From: Podarcis cretensis
Lineage: Eukaryota
Assembly: GCA_951804945.1 (NCBI GenBank)
Contig: OX638149.1
Location: 100,254,001-100,318,000, forward strand
DNA: 64,000 nt
Direction of reading: 5' to 3'
Below, one piece after another: positions 62,792-64,000 of this stretch (position 1 is the stretch's first letter; every line of letters begins with the position of its first letter). The position numbers and the translations under genes were made by a program. The notes below the pieces were generated by a model. The model did no database searches. It was not told the origin of the DNA and saw only the letters and a program-made list of their open reading frames with translations.

Positions 62792-62937
62792 GTCAGATGC
62801 TACGTACCAGATATATAATTCTACAAGCACAAGGAGAAGGAAGACCCTGCCCAACTGAGCTCACCCAGTACAGAAGCTGCGTTGTAAAGCCCTGCTACAG
62901 CTGGGTTATTGGCGAGTGGTCCCCATGCAAAGTCAAG
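62792..62937 (+). CDS. THSD7B: THSD7B internal exon (146 nt, phase 1 to 0): (G)QMLRTRYIILQAQGEGRPCPTELTQYRSCVVKPCYSWVIGEWSPCKVK
   Basis: Acceptor ctctcttcttgtttAG at 62790-91, donor GTatct at 62938. Lies within ORF 62755..63000. QGEGRPCPTELTQ and PCYSW favour THSD7B over THSD7A, from recalled sequences. Confidence 0.95.
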
Positions 62938-64000
62938 GTATCTGTTGTGTGCTGGCTTATAGGAAGAATTCCTAGCATTGCCGGTAGAAAAAGTGCATAG
63001 CTGTTCTCCACATGCTGCAAAACTATGAGACAACTGAATATATGCTTTTAAGGTTAGAGAGCTATGCCATTTTAATATTCCTGAAAACAGGAGGAAATTA
63101 CTATCAAATTGTGGCGAATTCATCATTAATGCTAGTAAGCAGCTGATTAAAAACTAATTTAATAGCAAATGCCAAAGGAACATACATTTCTAATAGCACT
63201 GGGATGAGTGTCATAGATCTTTTTTATAGCAGCAACCCTAGATCAAAGCATGATTTAATTTCAGTGAATTCTGCCATGAAGGAAATTGACTTTTGCACTA
63301 AGAACACTATGTAGTCTGTCTCAGTACCTCAAAAGGCCTTGAAACAGTATAGTTTAAAGCCATTGCATGAAGTGCTGAGTGTGACTTTTCTCCTTGGGGT
63401 GATTATTTTTTTTTTTAATGGTCTGAAAATGTAAACGCTGACGTGAGTTGTGGAGCCTCAAAAATATATACCTCTGCTTTGTCAGCACCAGCAGCCTGCA
63501 TGCCCTCTCTGCCTTCATGCCACATTCAGCTTGCACTGACTTGCCTCATGTGTTTCTCCACCCCTCTCCCCATTTATACCTCTTAGATCATGCTTCTTCT
63601 GAAACATTTGATCCAATATATTGCCTTAACTTTAAACTGATTTTCCACACTCAACTTTTTTCATGTGGGAGAGGATGGGGTCTGCTTTGCTTTCTTCATG
63701 TCAAAATAATTGGATGATGCACAGGGGGAACTATGGCAGAGAGAAAATTGCGATATATGCTTAAAAGACATGTATAAAATTGTCACCATTAACATCTCTT
63801 CTGAGAAATGAACAAAGCCCCTTCCTCTCCCATATAATTTTATTAGCTCATAGAGCAATGTATGGAGCTAGGTTTTTAGTTCATCTAGGTCTTCCAGAAG
63901 TTCAAAGAGTATTTGTCTTTGTTTTTGCCTCCAGTGAAGTGACACTTTCTGAAGATCTGATGCTCAGAGTGCACTGGATACGCATTCTTTGGTAACCTAA

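Noticed and set aside
40193-62937. THSD7A as the alternative gene identity
   Set aside because: Diagnostic peptides (PCYSECNQYSW, NCFQFxYNLT, QGEGRPCPTELTQ, PCYSW) match recalled THSD7B better. Reciprocal BLASTP would confirm.
381-63995. Remaining 60-140 aa ORFs in the ORF track
   Set aside because: Short, often with non-ATG starts, overlapping microsatellites or repeats, with no recognisable domains or splice-consistent structure.

Overview
This is vertebrate genomic DNA. The repeat content (Sauria SINE, BovB, a tRNA-Lys/CR1-tail SINE, CR1, Tc1/mariner-type and hAT MITEs) points to a squamate, probably a lacertid lizard; that assignment is inference. The window lies inside THSD7B on the + strand. 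Bases 1-40192 appear to be the 3' part of one very long intron. Six internal coding exons follow (40193-40326, 40856-41009, 50872-51013, 52828-52943, 53959-54076, 62792-62937). All have AG/GT sites and matching phases, and they join into 810 nt / 270 aa of thrombospondin type-1 repeats. The rest is intronic: mobile elements (several with visible TSDs or TIRs), microsatellites and a few motif-dense candidate enhancers. No prokaryote-type system (CRISPR, operon) is present. The most unusual object is a 359-bp CpG-rich, multi-hairpin insertion at 32445-32803. It has a perfect 17-bp target-site duplication and a short A-tail, and looks like a retrotransposed promoter/5'UTR-only RNA in sense orientation, with splice donors. 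Family names come from recalled consensus features, not from database searches.
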